Assembly (NCBI GenBank): GCA_039591655.1
Contig: JBDHDE010000032.1
Coordinates: forward strand, 1 to 29,549
DNA from: Gemmatimonadota bacterium
GTDB taxonomy: Bacteria; Gemmatimonadota; Gemmatimonadetes; Gemmatimonadales; GWC2-71-9
Direction: 5' to 3'
Length of the DNA: 29,549 nt
Shown: one piece after another, positions 25,956 through 29,549 of the stretch
How positions within the stretch are numbered: the stretch's first letter is position 1
Layout of the letters: every line of letters begins with the position of its first letter
Notes under the pieces: generated by a model
Told to the model about the DNA's origin: nothing
Seen by the model: only the letters and a program-made list of their open reading frames with translations
The model's database searches: none
Translations under genes and position numbers: made by a program

Positions 25956-26843
25956 CCCTTCGCGCATCTCGGCCAGCTCTTGCCGCGCAGCCTTGCCCAC
26001 CGTGGGAAACTGCAGATCCAGTGACCACAACGTATCGACGATGGCACCAACCACGACCACGCGGGTGAACCACTTCCTGTCCGCGGGGACGACGTACCAC
26101 GGCGCCTCTTCCGTCGCGGTGTGCCGGATTGTGTCCTCATAGGCGTGCATGTAGTCGTCCCAGTATGCGCGCTCGGCGACGTCTCCCGCAGAGAACTTCC
26201 AGTTCTTCTCCGGCCTGTCGATGCGTTCGAGAAACCGCTCCTTCTGCTCCTCCTTCGATACGTGTAGGAAGAACTTGCAGATTGCGACACCGTTGCGTGT
26301 CAGGTGGCTCTCCAGGCTCCGGATATCCTGGAAGCGCTGGCTCCAGATCTGTTCGGTCATGAGCTCGGGCGGGAGCTTCTGCCGCTCGAGCAGCTCGGGA
26401 TGGACGCGCACCACGAGCGTCTCCTCGTAGTAGGAGCGGTTGAAGATGCCAATGCGTCCCCGCTCAGGCAGGCGCTTGACGCAGCGCCACAGGTAGTCGT
26501 GATCCAGCTCCTCACTGCTCGGCGCCTTGAAGGAGAAGACCTGGCAGCCCTGGGGGTTGACCCCGGACATGACGTGCTTGATCGCGCTGTCCTTGCCTGC
26601 CGCGTCCATCGCCTGGAACACCAACAGCACCGCCCACCGGTCCTGCGCGTAGAGCCTCTCCTGCAGCTCCGCCAGTCCCCGGATGCCGTCCTTCAGGACC
26701 TCTTTCGCGCGCGGCTTGTCCTCGGACTCCAATCCCCCCGTGTCCGCGGGATCGAAGTCTGCAAGGCAGAATCCCTCGCCCTCCGAGACACGGTAGGGCG
26801 CGGCGAGGCTGCGAGCCTTGGCGGCGAACTTCTCGAGCTTCAT
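25938..26843 (-). CDS. ppk2: Polyphosphate kinase 2, class III-type
   Basis: FQAMDAAGKD, SFKAPS, HDYLWR, FNRSYYEE, KNWKFS, PWYVVPADRKW. Confidence 0.93.
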   Translation of the reverse strand: MKLEKFAAKARSLAAPYRVSEGEGFCLADFDPADTGGLESEDKPRAKEVLKDGIRGLAELQERLYAQDRWAVLLVFQAMDAAGKDSAIKHVMSGVNPQGCQVFSFKAPSSEELDHDYLWRCVKRLPERGRIGIFNRSYYEETLVVRVHPELLERQKLPPELMTEQIWSQRFQDIRSLESHLTRNGVAICKFFLHVSKEEQKERFLERIDRPEKNWKFSAGDVAERAYWDDYMHAYEDTIRHTATEEAPWYVVPADRKWFTRVVVVGAIVDTLWSLDLQFPTVGKAARQELAEMREGLLEGE

Positions 26844-26941
26844 GGCCGTGTGGAATATAGATCCGAGGGGGGGAGGCTGCCATGCGCTAAGCCGTGGATT
26901 GTGTTACCTTTAGCTGCGTCCTTGGAGAAGGGAGAGTGAGC

Positions 26942-27136
26942 ATGGCACGATCCGGGCCGGCGAGCCAGGCAAAACGGAGACGTGAGCTTGCCAAGAGGGA
27001 GAAGCGCAAGGCAAAGGAAGAGCGTCGTGCAATGAGGAAGGAACAGAAGGCTCAGAAGGCAGCCGACCCCCACGACCCTGGGGAAGACCCCGACCTCATC
27101 GGGATCGTCCCGGGCCCCCAAGAACCGATCACCTGA
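26942..27136 (+). CDS. Small basic hypothetical protein
   Basis: GGGAGAG precedes ATG 26942; Lys/Arg-rich helix followed by GEDPDLIGIVPGPQ. Confidence 0.75.
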   Translation: MARSGPASQAKRRRELAKREKRKAKEERRAMRKEQKAQKAADPHDPGEDPDLIGIVPGPQEPIT

Positions 27137-27251
27137 TTCCGCCAGACCGTCGTCCGGCTCGCCCTTTTTGGCGCCGAGAATCCTCTCTGCGCACCCCGTG
27201 GGCGCGCGCGATGGGCGACGAGATGATGCCGGCTTTGAGAGGAGGATCTGC

Positions 27252-27938
27252 TTGAAGTCATCGGTCCCGTTGAAGAAGCCCATCCCGGTTGGGAAGCTGC
27301 TGCGCCAACGCTTGCGGGAAACGCAGCGCTCGCCGAAGGAGCTGGCCGAAGCCGTCCAGGTTCCCCCGGAGTACATCGACGACTTGATCGCAGGCAGGCG
27401 GCGGCCACCCCTGCCGGGACAGACGGACCTCTACGACCGCATGACATCCTTCCTTCGGCTCAGCCGCAACGACCTCGCGCTTTGTGCCCAAGCTGAGCGA
27501 GACGCCACCGCACCAACACGCACCTCGGGCCCGAGGGCCAATGTCCGGCGCCTGCTGCTCGCTCTGTGCGAGCCGAGCACGGCAGAGAAGCTCGAGGCGC
27601 GTAGGGCCCGGAACGGGGGCGCCGAGCTAACTGACTTCATCCAGCGCCTGCTCGAAGTCACGCAGGGCGCGGTGCGCCGGATGCTGGACGATCAGATCGG
27701 GCTCCGGATCGCGGCGGAGCGGGACGGCCGTACCTACGCAGCGGTGCGTCTTCAGGTGCTCGAGTTCCTTGATGCAACACCCGATACCCTCACAGCCAGC
27801 GACCTCGCCAAGTTCTTCCAGCCGCGGGTGACGCTCTGGGACGTCGACCTCGAGACCGGCGTGTTGCGTGTCGTGCTGCGGGCGCAGGAGCCCCGGGAAC
27901 GCCACCGACGCCGGCCAAACGGCAAACCCCCATTCTAG
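27252..27938 (+). CDS. XRE-like HTH domain protein
   Basis: GAGGAGG precedes TTG 27252; LLRQRLRE...KELAEAVQVPPEYIDDLIAGRRRPP. Confidence 0.72.
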   Translation: MKSSVPLKKPIPVGKLLRQRLRETQRSPKELAEAVQVPPEYIDDLIAGRRRPPLPGQTDLYDRMTSFLRLSRNDLALCAQAERDATAPTRTSGPRANVRRLLLALCEPSTAEKLEARRARNGGAELTDFIQRLLEVTQGAVRRMLDDQIGLRIAAERDGRTYAAVRLQVLEFLDATPDTLTASDLAKFFQPRVTLWDVDLETGVLRVVLRAQEPRERHRRRPNGKPPF

Positions 27939-27994
27939 CAGCATAGGAATCACATAACAGCAGAGGGCGGACGATGGGTGGAGGTGGGAGGCGG

Positions 27995-29050
<1,056 letters not shown>

Positions 29051-29067
29051 CGGGCCGCGGCGCGCCC

Positions 29068-29268
29068 CTAGGAACCGCCTTCTCTGTGTATCCCCGTCTT
29101 GCGCAGGATGTCTTCCATGAGACACCACTTTGTCAGCGAGGACTGGAATAGGTTGGCTCCAACGAACGCGGTGAACAGAAACCAGTACGGGCTCACCCAC
29201 CAGCCGAGTGCTACGCTCACCAGCACGAACGTTCCAGCAATCATGCGGACCTTCCGGTCCAAGGTCAT
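29068..29268 (-). CDS. DUF2892 (YgaP-like) membrane protein
   Basis: AAGGAG precedes ATG 29268; RMIAG...FVGANLFQSSLTKWC. Confidence 0.9.
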   Translation of the reverse strand: MTLDRKVRMIAGTFVLVSVALGWWVSPYWFLFTAFVGANLFQSSLTKWCLMEDILRKTGIHREGGS

Positions 29269-29281
29269 ACCAGGCTCCTTT

Positions 29282-29549
29282 CTAAAAGCTGTACCGTAGG
29301 CGGCCATAGATGTTCGAATTCTGCTCGAGCTGACCGAAGAAGCCCTCCAACATCAACCCTCACCGCATCGCTCCAGGCGTAGCTGAACGACGGCCGCAAA
29401 TGAGTGTCCTCATCGCTCGGTGAGACGAACGCGAATAGTGACAGGATCATCGTATCTCGGCGAAACCGGTACGTAGTCCGCAGGGTGAACGTGTGCCGCA
29501 ACTCGTCCGGTTCGAACTGCGGGTCCGGGGAGGCAGCGATCAGCTCGTT
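29282..29549 (-). pseudogene. 3' end of an outer-membrane beta-barrel gene with a frameshift near 29342
   Basis: One frame reads ...HLRPSFSYAWSDAVRVDVGG; a shifted frame continues FFGQLEQNSNIYGRLRYSF* (29341-29282). Confidence 0.7.

Overview
High-GC bacterial DNA, probably Gemmatimonadota (inferred from the Hanks kinase-TM-TPR gene and overall gene content). The left 12 kb holds a divergent module. A PAS-GAF sigma54 (FhlA-type) activator faces a ~9.5 kb minus-strand cluster encoding a STAS protein, three different outer-membrane beta-barrels, an EF-hand-like exported protein, an exported RNase Z-type metallo-hydrolase, a 580-aa membrane protein, a MacB/LolCDE-type ABC ATPase and permease, and a ZnuA-fold lipoprotein lacking two canonical His ligands. 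The sigma54 promoter, an IHF-like site and three palindromic enhancer sites at exact 21-bp spacing are visible between them. This module is the best candidate for an uncharacterised system. The rest is metabolic/accessory: ALDH7-type dehydrogenase, S46 peptidase with a DPP11 signature, Ser/Thr kinase, GH36, acyl-CoA dehydrogenase, DUF1579, BBE-type flavoenzyme, class III PPK2, XRE-like protein, Acr3 and DUF2892. Several intergenic spaces carry short relics of gene ends, and the right-edge barrel gene is frameshifted. No CRISPR, rRNA, intact tRNA or transposase was seen. All family calls come from motif recognition, not database searches.
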